Source: Candidatus Heimdallarchaeota archaeon (GTDB lineage: Archaea > Asgardarchaeota > Heimdallarchaeia > Heimdallarchaeales > Heimdallarchaeaceae). From it: a stretch of DNA of 32,000 nt. Every line of letters starts with the position of its first letter. Position 1 is the stretch's first letter. Below, piece by piece: positions 17,779 to 26,220 of this stretch. The stretch lies in NCBI GenBank assembly GCA_030668875.1, contig DAOVER010000003.1, forward strand, positions 30,001 through 62,000, read 5' to 3'. A program made the position numbers and the translations under genes. The notes under the pieces are model-generated. The model saw only the letters and a program-made list of their open reading frames with translations. It was not told the origin of the DNA and made no database searches.

Positions 17779-19242
17779 TTGAATTTCTTAGCTGGGGTTA
17801 CTTTGACAATTACTGAATTGAGAGATGAAACGGAGGAAGATCAACCAAAAGAAATGAAGAGGATTGTAACGTTAGATTTCCTAAGAGGTGTGGCAATCTT
17901 TGCAGTTATTTTCATTCATTCCTTCCAGTATCTTTATGACTATACTTGGATTATAGAAGACCCCTCTCTTGTTCTGGAATTTCCTATACCTTTTCTCATC
18001 ATAGCTGGTGTTTTAGGATATTTCGGACTTTGGGTTGCTTTCTTCATCTTGATTTCAGGAACAGTTAATGCTTATGTAATGACACGAAAAGCTGTATCTA
18101 TAAAGAAAAGGCACGTTATTTTAACCAAGCAATTAGTAACAGGTGTCTTCATTTTAATTCTTGGTTATATTAAGGAAGCTTTCTTTTATTGGGGATATAT
18201 TGGACACTCTTTTAGATCTGGAGATTGGACTAATTTCTATCCTCTTTGGAGTTCATTGTTCGAAATGAAACCTCTTCAAATAATCGGTTGGACGATGATT
18301 ATTAATGGATTTATTCACTATTTACTAATGTTAAGAGATGGTCATAAGAAGTACATTAGAAACATGATACTATATGGTTTGTTTATCCTAATTGTTCTGG
18401 TATTAACACCTTTCCTTCAGAGTTGGGCAAAATCTATTTACTCTGACTGGGGTTCCATTACTTGGAGTAATTTGTCTCCTTATATTGAGCATTGGGGGCG
18501 TGATGGATGGCCAAACCATCATCTGGCTACGGCAAATGCTTCGTTTCCAATTTGGTTTTTGACTTTAATTACTGGTGAAAATCAACCTCTATTTCCGTTT
18601 TTAGCAACTTCATTTGCGGGTTCTATGATTGGTATTTCTCTTGCTAAACCAAACCAAAGAAAGCTCTTCCCATTATGGGGTGGTGTCGCTGGTTTAACAT
18701 GTATCTTAACAGGTGTTTTGTTAGGTGTTTTTGGAGTTCCTTTTACATTTGTATCAACACCTCCTGCGATTCCAACATATCTTGTACATCTTGGAGGACA
18801 AACAATTGTTCTGATGGTTTTTCTAGGCTTAGTAGAATTCAGAGGACGTGGAAAAATTTTCGCTAATCGAAAAACAGTGAAATTCTTTCGGTTATGGTCA
18901 ATGGTTTCATTGACAGTTTTTATGACTGATTTGTATTTTTATGTGCCAAGATATTTCCTTTCATTAATATTGGATATTTTCACGGAATACAATATTATGG
19001 AAGATGGAATATTCACAGATGTTGAGGGACTTCCATGGGTTTTGTTAGTATCTTTTGTAGTTCTGTTATTCTATGAACTTCTTGTCTGGGTGTGGAGTAA
19101 ACTGAATTTTGTTGGAACAGCTGAATGGATGCTAATCCAGATGCAAGGTAAGTTAACAGGACAGAAGTCATCAAGATTAGATGTGAAAACTATGATGAAC
19201 AAGGTTCACTGGGTTAATTTTCCAAAAAGCAAAAAGTTGTAG
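17779..19242 (+). CDS. Polytopic membrane protein, HGSNAT/DUF1624-like putative acyltransferase
   Basis: RIVTLDFLRGVAIFAVIFIH, PLQIIG, PLFPFLA and about 12 hydrophobic segments. Possible start is ATG 17854. Confidence 0.7.
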   Translation: MNFLAGVTLTITELRDETEEDQPKEMKRIVTLDFLRGVAIFAVIFIHSFQYLYDYTWIIEDPSLVLEFPIPFLIIAGVLGYFGLWVAFFILISGTVNAYVMTRKAVSIKKRHVILTKQLVTGVFILILGYIKEAFFYWGYIGHSFRSGDWTNFYPLWSSLFEMKPLQIIGWTMIINGFIHYLLMLRDGHKKYIRNMILYGLFILIVLVLTPFLQSWAKSIYSDWGSITWSNLSPYIEHWGRDGWPNHHLATANASFPIWFLTLITGENQPLFPFLATSFAGSMIGISLAKPNQRKLFPLWGGVAGLTCILTGVLLGVFGVPFTFVSTPPAIPTYLVHLGGQTIVLMVFLGLVEFRGRGKIFANRKTVKFFRLWSMVSLTVFMTDLYFYVPRYFLSLILDIFTEYNIMEDGIFTDVEGLPWVLLVSFVVLLFYELLVWVWSKLNFVGTAEWMLIQMQGKLTGQKSSRLDVKTMMNKVHWVNFPKSKKL

Positions 19243-19324
19243 ATTAGTAATGCTAAATATATTTCTTACAGTATTATCTTTTCTCGAATAAAGTTTTTAA
19301 AGAAGTTAAAGAAGAAAATCAAAT

Positions 19325-20059
19325 ATGATAACTATTGATGTTCTATGGGCTACAGCCTTAGGTTATCTTTTAGGATCAATCCCTATCGCTTGGATAGTAG
19401 TAAAATTATGGTTGAAAATAGATATTCGTACCGTAGGATCTAAAAATGTTGGAGGACGCAATGTTGTTAGAGCTTTCCGAGAACAAGAAAAACCAAAAGG
19501 TTTAGCTTACACAGTTGGAATTATTGAAGCTATACTTGATATGCTAAAAGGTTTCTTTGCAATGTGGTTAGCAGTCTGGATTTCATACGCTACTGCTGCA
19601 GATGGAGTTGTAGATCCATGGGTGATTGCTTTCGCTGGTCCAGCAGCTATTTTAGGTCATAATTGGCCAATTTGGTTGTGGGGTCCTGGAGGAAAAGGTG
19701 TTGCTTCAACACTTGGTTCATTAGCTTTCTTTAATCCCGTATTTATCCCAATCTGGATATTAGCATTCTTTGTTTTTGGATCAGCCATTATGTACAGTTC
19801 GATAACTTACCTAGTTACCTTCGTAGTAATGGGAGTTATTCTGTTCTTTTGGACATGGATTGTATCTCCAATGGAGATGTTTCTGGTACCTGCAGATACG
19901 CCTGAACTAGGTCTTATTGCAATGGTAACAATGTTTGCAATAACATTAGTTGTACTTTCTCGACAAGGAGAGAACTTCCGTAAGATCAAGAATGGCGAAG
20001 CTAAAAAGATGAAACTTTGGAAAATTTTCAAAGGAAAAGCAGATGAAGCTTTAAAGTAA
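19325..20059 (+). CDS. plsY: Glycerol-3-phosphate acyltransferase PlsY family
   Basis: LGYLLGSIP, DIRTVGSKNVGGRNVVR (motif 1), DMLKG, GHNWPIW and GGKGVAS (motif 2). Confidence 0.85.
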   Translation: MITIDVLWATALGYLLGSIPIAWIVVKLWLKIDIRTVGSKNVGGRNVVRAFREQEKPKGLAYTVGIIEAILDMLKGFFAMWLAVWISYATAADGVVDPWVIAFAGPAAILGHNWPIWLWGPGGKGVASTLGSLAFFNPVFIPIWILAFFVFGSAIMYSSITYLVTFVVMGVILFFWTWIVSPMEMFLVPADTPELGLIAMVTMFAITLVVLSRQGENFRKIKNGEAKKMKLWKIFKGKADEALK

Positions 20060-20099
20060 AATCTCTTTTTCCTTTCTTACTTTCTTTTTTCAAGTAAAA

Positions 20100-21398
20100 T
20101 TATATAGAGTAAAGGATATCAACTGCTTTTTCTATGTTTTTCTCACTTATAGAACAGAAAGCAACTCTAACACCATTCAAACCATTCTTAGTATTTTCAA
20201 AGGGTACTGTTCCTAATCCTTTTTCTAGAAGCTTATGACTAATTTCAGAAGCTAGTCGTTTACCTTTAATTTGGAAGTAACCAAAAAATCCAGAGTTAAA
20301 TCCAACAGGTTGAAGAACAGAACTTTCTCTTTCTCCTAACAGCTTTTTCATAAAGTTATATCTATCTTCTAGGATGCTAATGTTTCTCTTTTTCTCTTCG
20401 TGAACTTGGTTGTTCTTTTCGGAATCATTCAGCACATTACTCATTGCAACTTGAATGCCTTTTGGAGCACTTGAAGTGTTAGTTCTTGCAGCTTTGGCCA
20501 TAAGTTCTCTAACCTCCATCTTATCCTCCTCAGAGGTTTCTTCTCCAAAACCTACGGTTACTAATCCCAATCTTGCACCATAAGCAAAATATCGTTTAGA
20601 AACACCATCAACCTTAATCGTAACAACGTCTTCGTTTAATCCTATTAAATAAGGAAAGAGTGAATGCTCAATTACTGAATCTTCATATGCACATCCTTCA
20701 TACGCGTCATCTAGAAATATGGTAGTTGGTATAGAAATTTCCTCTACTATTTCTTGAAACTTCTTTACTTCATCATAAGTTGGGCTTATTCCAGAAGGAT
20801 TATTCGGGAAATTTAGATATATTCCGATTTTCTTATCCTCTTTTTCAGCTTTATGAATTTTTGATATCAGATTATCAAAGTTGAGATTTCCTTCTTTATC
20901 AAGTAATTCATAAGTAGATTCTTTAAATTGTAAATTCTTGAAGAAAACGTTGTCAATATTCCTCCATCTAAAGTTGGGTGCAATTATGGTGTTCCCTTTG
21001 TCAAAAAGTACCTGGGCAGAAATCATTAACCCACCTGTTAAGCCCCCACAAGCTGTAATTGGCAAAGTGGAAAAAGTAACCGCTCCTTCTCTAAGGTAAG
21101 CAGGGTAAGTATCAATTGTGTCTTTCCTCCAAGCTTGAATAAAATCATTTACTCCTCTTACATTTGCATAACTGAAAATTTGATCGCCGTTTAGGTTACT
21201 CAATTCTTCAATCAAAGTTGGGAGCACCATAAGTTCTCCATCGTCTTCAGTTGCACTCCCGATAGTAGCATTAATGAACCCGTCCATTTCACTTGCTTTC
21301 CTTTTTGATCTTAAATTCCAAGCTAAAGTTCCTGCAGACAAGTCAACGGTATCTTCTATGTGTTTACCTCGTTTAGAGAGAAAATCTCGAAGAATCAT
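20100..21398 (-). CDS. Class I/II PLP aminotransferase
   Basis: NATIG, NFPNNPSG, LDDAYEG and DGVSKRYFAYGARLG (PLP lysine). Confidence 0.85.
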   Translation of the reverse strand: MILRDFLSKRGKHIEDTVDLSAGTLAWNLRSKRKASEMDGFINATIGSATEDDGELMVLPTLIEELSNLNGDQIFSYANVRGVNDFIQAWRKDTIDTYPAYLREGAVTFSTLPITACGGLTGGLMISAQVLFDKGNTIIAPNFRWRNIDNVFFKNLQFKESTYELLDKEGNLNFDNLISKIHKAEKEDKKIGIYLNFPNNPSGISPTYDEVKKFQEIVEEISIPTTIFLDDAYEGCAYEDSVIEHSLFPYLIGLNEDVVTIKVDGVSKRYFAYGARLGLVTVGFGEETSEEDKMEVRELMAKAARTNTSSAPKGIQVAMSNVLNDSEKNNQVHEEKKRNISILEDRYNFMKKLLGERESSVLQPVGFNSGFFGYFQIKGKRLASEISHKLLEKGLGTVPFENTKNGLNGVRVAFCSISEKNIEKAVDILYSI

Positions 21399-21599
21399 GG
21401 GTAAAACGAGGATTAAAGATAGAATTTAAACATTCACCATGTTACATCTTATTAGTATCTATCACATTCACAGTAATCTCTTTCAAAGTATTCTACAATC
21501 AAAATAGCATGATATCCTTCATGCCCTTTACCTTTTTTCCTGTAACCAAAAAGAGATTTAATGGTAACTGGTGCACAGTAAACAACTGTGTCTGCAAAT

Positions 21600-21954
21600 C
21601 TTATCCAATCTTGCCAGAAGGGTTGTGGTGGGGAGTCATTGCACTCTACAAGGGAGGGCGGAAGTATTTTTACCTGCAGTACTTTTTCTACGGGTTTATA
21701 TAGGAAAGTGCGGATAAGGAGGTAGTGCTAGGTGAATACTCACCGACAACTTGGTTCACAGGTGCTCGTTCACCTGTCCCTCAGCTAGTAGTATTAGAAC
21801 CAAGGAGCACTAAGCGCAACTGTAGGATGCAAATGGAGCACTTGCACACTCCGCTTCCTCCTACCCCTAATCATGAACCTCATGATTCTTCCCCTCAACG
21901 CACGTGAGGGAACCCACTTAAACGACGGTCAGAATGCTTCTGGCAAGTTTGACC
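21600..21954. ncRNA. Unassigned GC-enriched structured element (candidate ncRNA, leader or MITE)
   Basis: About 48% GC by hand count over 21601-21960. 11-bp perfect inverted repeat at 21610-21620/21937-21947 and many nested helices. Confidence 0.35.
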
Positions 21955-23020
21955 AAGTTTCATAACGTGCGTTTCCTATGATCCACCATCTTACTCCTCA
22001 CTAACACCACATGATCCAATATACATTACCTCTGATAGCAATTTCACAGATTATGGTTTTACCGGTTCAGGAGCGGAAGAAAATCCTTATCTTATTGAGG
22101 AATATTATATAATAACAACAGATAACTATGGTATTCAGATTAAAGAGACAACAAAATATTTTGTTATTCGTAACTGCTATGTTGACGCAGGTTTCACGGG
22201 CATTTATATCACTGATGTAGCTGATGGATCAGCAACAATCATTAGCAATTCGTGCACAAACAACAGTAATGGTATCTATCTTTGGGATTCTAGTAATTCT
22301 ATTGTTTCCAACAACACGTGCAACAACAACGACTATGGCATCGTTCTTGAGCATTCTGATAATTCTATTGTTTCAAACAACACGTGCAATTATAACGACT
22401 GGGGCATTTATCTTGCAGGGTCAGGGAGTTTGACTGTTTCCAACAACACGTGCTACAACAACAAATGGAACGGCATTCTCCATTCCTCTTCTAGTAGCTC
22501 GATTATCATTAACAACATATGTAACAATAATGACTATGACGGCATTCGCCTTTCCTCTTCTGAAAGTTTGACTATCATTAACAACACGTGTAACAACAAT
22601 AATGTTTCTGGCATCTATTTTTTCTATTCTGATCTTTGTGTAGTTATTTACAATCTTATACAAGAAAATGAAGTCTATGGAGTCATCTTAAATCCAGATT
22701 CTGATAACAATATATTTCACCATAACACCTTTGTAGACAATAATCTAGGAGGAACTTCACAAGCGCATGATACGGGCAGTAACAATATTTGGCATGACTC
22801 TGAAACACTTGAAGGCAACTATTGGTCAGATTGGTCAGGAACAGGAAGTTATTCTATTGATGGTTCTGCTGAAGCAATCGATCTCTATCCTCTAGATGAA
22901 GAAGGTAATCCTCCTGTTGTTCCTGAATATGACTCCCTTTCTTTATTTACTCTTCTAATACTGGTATTTCCTTTATTACTCACAATTGTTATCTATCGAA
23001 AAAGAAAAAAAATAGCTTAA
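21827..23020 (+). pseudogene. Right-handed beta-helix (NosD/PbH1-repeat) surface protein with a frameshifted or missing 5' end
   Basis: The frame is open from 21953 to 23020 with no start codon before 22430. A signal-peptide-like stretch lies in another frame (21831-21962). PbH1 repeats are followed by a C-terminal VPEY-TM-RKRKK anchor. Confidence 0.7.
22295..22455 (+). repeat. 66-bp-period intragenic repeats (22-aa beta-helix coils)
   Basis: TGTTTC(C/A)AACAACACGTGC at 22303, 22369 and 22435. Confidence 0.8.
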
Positions 23021-23182
23021 GTAACAACTCTTCCTCCTTTTTTTCCTTTAATATATCTCTAACCACAACGGATAATTTTCAAAATTAATTCTATCTTGTT
23101 GAATGCAGAAAATTTTCGTGAGAAACATGATCTTTCAATTCGTAATAAGTAAGTTTTTTAGAAACGATGCGTTTTGTGAAGT

Positions 23183-23734
23183 GTGACCAACTCTGAATTC
23201 ATTTTCAAAATCACTCTTATTGGTGACGGTGCCGTAGGTAAAACTTCTATTCGTCATCGTTACATGGGTTATGGTTTCAAAGAGTCACATTTGATGACTT
23301 TAGGTGCAGATTTCAGTGTGATTGATAAGGAATTTAGAGAAGGTGAAACTTGGACTTATCAGATCTGGGACATTGCCGGACAGAAAATATTCGAAGAAAT
23401 CAGGTCTAGATTCTATAAAGGTAGTATGGGTGCATTGGTCGTTTTTGACGTGACTGATAAGCAAACACTCCGTAATTGTCTTTCTTGGGTTAAGGAACTT
23501 TATCGTTTTTCAGGTAGTGATGCAATACCTGTTGTTTTATTAGCTAACAAATCTGATTTACGAAATCGCAAAAGTGTTGATATGAAAAAGGCTCATAAGT
23601 TTGTGAAGATTCTAAATGAAGGAACAGCTAGTTATGGTTTTACTAATCATGTTCTAGAAACAAGTGCAAAAACAGGACTTAACATTGAAACAGCTTTCAA
23701 GTTGCTAGGTGATGCAATCCGGGCAAGATTTTAA
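23183..23734 (+). CDS. Rab-like small GTPase (canonical motifs)
   Basis: GDGAVGKTS, MTLGADF, WDIAGQ, NKSD and ETSAK; no C-terminal Cys motif. Confidence 0.9.
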   Translation: MTNSEFIFKITLIGDGAVGKTSIRHRYMGYGFKESHLMTLGADFSVIDKEFREGETWTYQIWDIAGQKIFEEIRSRFYKGSMGALVVFDVTDKQTLRNCLSWVKELYRFSGSDAIPVVLLANKSDLRNRKSVDMKKAHKFVKILNEGTASYGFTNHVLETSAKTGLNIETAFKLLGDAIRARF

Positions 23735-23801
23735 TATTGTAATGATAAGAACGTTTTTGAAAGGAAAAATATTTAGTTAAATTGTTAGGGTAGTCTTATT
23801 T

Positions 23802-24365
23802 ATGGCTTACAAGATTCTTATACTTGGAGATTATGGTGTCGGAAAAACATCTCTTTACAATTACTACAAAGATAATGCTCCTGAAGCACAAGAAAAACCT
23901 GCTTTAAAGGTTAAATTACTTGAAATAAACAGAAGAATAGATGGAGAAGAAACTATCATTCATCTTTGTGATATCCCTGCTAAAGAATTATCTCCAATTA
24001 ATAGACCCAAATTATATAAAAGAACTGTAGGAGCAATAATTTTGTTCGATATTAGTCGTCCAGATACTTTTAGACATGCACTATTTTGGATAGAAGAACT
24101 AATGAATTACAATGGTTTTGGTAAAGTTCCTATTGCTTTGCTAGGTAATAAAACCGATATAAGACATTCAAGTGAAAGAGTATTGAACCCCATTGATGCA
24201 CAACAATTTATCTATAGATTAAACCGTTCCGCTAAAGCTTCAGGAACTAATATTGACAGCTCCTTCCATGAAATGTCAACAAAAGCAAAAGAAGCAAAAG
24301 GTTTGTTAGGTATTCTTGACCAGCTGATTAGAGCAATTATCAAACATAATGTTGAGAAGAAATAA
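23802..24365 (+). CDS. Ras/Rab-like GTPase with degenerate switch motifs
   Basis: GDYGVGKTS and NKTD are intact. There is no G2 Thr, G3 reads CDIPAK and G5 reads EMSTK. Confidence 0.8.
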   Translation: MAYKILILGDYGVGKTSLYNYYKDNAPEAQEKPALKVKLLEINRRIDGEETIIHLCDIPAKELSPINRPKLYKRTVGAIILFDISRPDTFRHALFWIEELMNYNGFGKVPIALLGNKTDIRHSSERVLNPIDAQQFIYRLNRSAKASGTNIDSSFHEMSTKAKEAKGLLGILDQLIRAIIKHNVEKK

Positions 24366-24377
24366 AAGCGTGTTTTT

Positions 24378-24959
24378 ATGTATCCCCTCGCTCATATAGG
24401 TTACACATTATTTCTTGTAGAATTAGTTTTTATTTTCACTTATATTTTCCAAAAACTGAGAAATAGAGATCGAGTTACAATTCAATGGGGTATTAGATAT
24501 GTTTCTTTGTACGCATTGTTATTGGGGTCATTAGGTCCTGATATTATAGACAAAGCAATATCCTTACCAATTACGGGAAATGGAAGATATGTTGGGCATT
24601 CTTTGCTCTTTAATGTAGTAATTTCGCTGAGTGTTCTTGCAATATTCTGGAAAAATAAACGAATCTGGATAGGATTCATTGTTGGATGGCAAATGCATAT
24701 TCTCTTGGATTTAGGTGGTTTCATACCTTGGTTATTTCCATTCGTAAACTATGAATTTCCAGAGAGAGTACATACATTTTGGGAAATGCTCCAACTTCCT
24801 TCAGTTTATCTCAATGAGATATTCGGTTCTTTATGTTTGATTCTTCTGATTATGCTTTATTTACATAGAAAAATACCTGTACGAAACATGCTAAAAGAGG
24901 ATTTCTTTAAACACCCTTCTTATCTCAAACCTATCGACAAAAATGGGAAAAATATTTAG
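24378..24959 (+). CDS. Membrane-bound metal-dependent hydrolase (YdjM-like)
   Basis: PLAH, PDIIDK, GHSLLF and HILLD with hydrophobic segments. Confidence 0.75.
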   Translation: MYPLAHIGYTLFLVELVFIFTYIFQKLRNRDRVTIQWGIRYVSLYALLLGSLGPDIIDKAISLPITGNGRYVGHSLLFNVVISLSVLAIFWKNKRIWIGFIVGWQMHILLDLGGFIPWLFPFVNYEFPERVHTFWEMLQLPSVYLNEIFGSLCLILLIMLYLHRKIPVRNMLKEDFFKHPSYLKPIDKNGKNI

Positions 24960-26124
24960 GGTAGATTCGATTATAGGATTCATGGATTCTTATGTTAAAA
25001 AGATTAGAGAAGAATCACCCACATTACAGAACCACATTTATCTTAACCATGCTTCAACTGGACCCTTACATGGTCTAACTTTAGAAGCTCTCAAAAAATT
25101 CTCCCTTCACTGGGCAGAGTCAGATTTTGAAGAAGTTGATGCAGCCTGTAAAAATGTTAAAACTCAATTTGCTAAATTGATTAACGCTTCAGCTGAAGAA
25201 ATTGTTTTTACTCCTGATGTTACTCATGGGACAAAACTAGCTGTGAATATGCTAGAATATGACGAAAAGAGCAATATTGTTTGTTACTGGAATGACTATC
25301 CTGGGCAAGTTTACGAGGCACTATATCTAAAAGAGAAAAAAAATGTTGAATATCGACCTGTTCCAGATAAAAAGAATGAGATATTAGTTGAGGGATTTGC
25401 TGATAGAATAGATAAAAACACGAAAATAGTACTACTATCCCATGTTCAATGGCTCTCAGGTTATAGATCAAACGTGAAAGAAATAGCGAAAATAGCACAT
25501 GAAAACGGAGCATACATTTTAGTAGATTCCATTCAATCCACTGGTGCTTTAGTTAATGATGTGAAAGATTGGGATATAGACTTTCTAACTTGTGGAGTTG
25601 CTAAATGGTTACTAGGACCCAATCACAAAGGTCTATTTTACATCAATAAGAAATTGATTGATGAATTTTATCCCCCCTTTGCAGGATACCATGGAACGGA
25701 TTTAGGATCACGGGAGGAACCTTACTGGAATGTAAACAAATTAGAATTCTTACCTTCAGTTGATAAATTCATGGATACAAACCCTGGAACCTTGTTATAT
25801 TATGTTGCAGATGCAGGAATGAAAATACTTCTAGACTATGGTGCAGATAAGATAGAGGAAAGAATAATGCAACTAACTGATTACTTATTTGAGAAACTAG
25901 AAGAGCTGAAAAATACTGAATTAATAACTTCAAGAAATGAAGAGAATCGATCAGGAATAGTTAATGTACGAATTCAAAATAACGTTGAAATAGTTAAGAA
26001 ATTGAAAGAGAAGAAAATGATTGTATCGAGTCGCTATGGTGGAATAAGAATAAGCCCTCACTTCTATAACATCGAGGAAGATATAGATAGTTTAATTGAA
26101 CTGATAAAACAACATCAAAGTTAG
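24943..26124 (+). CDS. Class V PLP-dependent enzyme (cysteine desulfurase fold, no catalytic Cys)
   Basis: YLNHASTGP, SHVQWLSG, VDSIQSTG, DFLTCGVAKWLLGP and IRISPHFYN. Possible start is ATG 24982. Confidence 0.85.
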   Translation: MGKIFRVDSIIGFMDSYVKKIREESPTLQNHIYLNHASTGPLHGLTLEALKKFSLHWAESDFEEVDAACKNVKTQFAKLINASAEEIVFTPDVTHGTKLAVNMLEYDEKSNIVCYWNDYPGQVYEALYLKEKKNVEYRPVPDKKNEILVEGFADRIDKNTKIVLLSHVQWLSGYRSNVKEIAKIAHENGAYILVDSIQSTGALVNDVKDWDIDFLTCGVAKWLLGPNHKGLFYINKKLIDEFYPPFAGYHGTDLGSREEPYWNVNKLEFLPSVDKFMDTNPGTLLYYVADAGMKILLDYGADKIEERIMQLTDYLFEKLEELKNTELITSRNEENRSGIVNVRIQNNVEIVKKLKEKKMIVSSRYGGIRISPHFYNIEEDIDSLIELIKQHQS

Positions 26125-26220
26125 CGTGATATTTCTTTCTCTTTGTATTTTTAATTTTTATCTCTACTACAAAAATTTTTTAAGGCAGAGCTAAAATCCT
26201 ATTTTAAAGCGTTCATTTTA

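Noticed and set aside
21704-21790. Resemblance to the c-di-AMP (ydaO) riboswitch (GAAAGTGCGG, GGTGAAT, CTGTCCC, CAGCTA)
   Set aside because: The 5' GCYGAAUCC is missing and the required CGGAG/CUCCG helix cannot form.
21509-21907. ORFs 21509-21703 and 21725-21907
   Set aside because: Atypical composition and no motifs; they lie inside the structured GC-rich element.
21905-21952. Selenocysteine recoding of the two in-frame TGA codons upstream of the beta-helix ORF
   Set aside because: The read-through peptide is not protein-like and lacks a signal peptide, and no SECIS was seen; a frameshift explains the region better.
21600-21954. RNase P RNA, SRP RNA, SAM-I or group II intron identity
   Set aside because: No CR-I/CR-V pair able to form P4; CAGG...AGCA spacing too short for SRP helix 8; the SAM-I core is missing despite CTTATC/GATAAG; no proper domain V and too short for a group II intron.
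24943-26124. Cysteine desulfurase (IscS/SufS) supplying sulfur to LarE
   Set aside because: Lacks the catalytic Cys loop (SSGSAC or RxGxHC).
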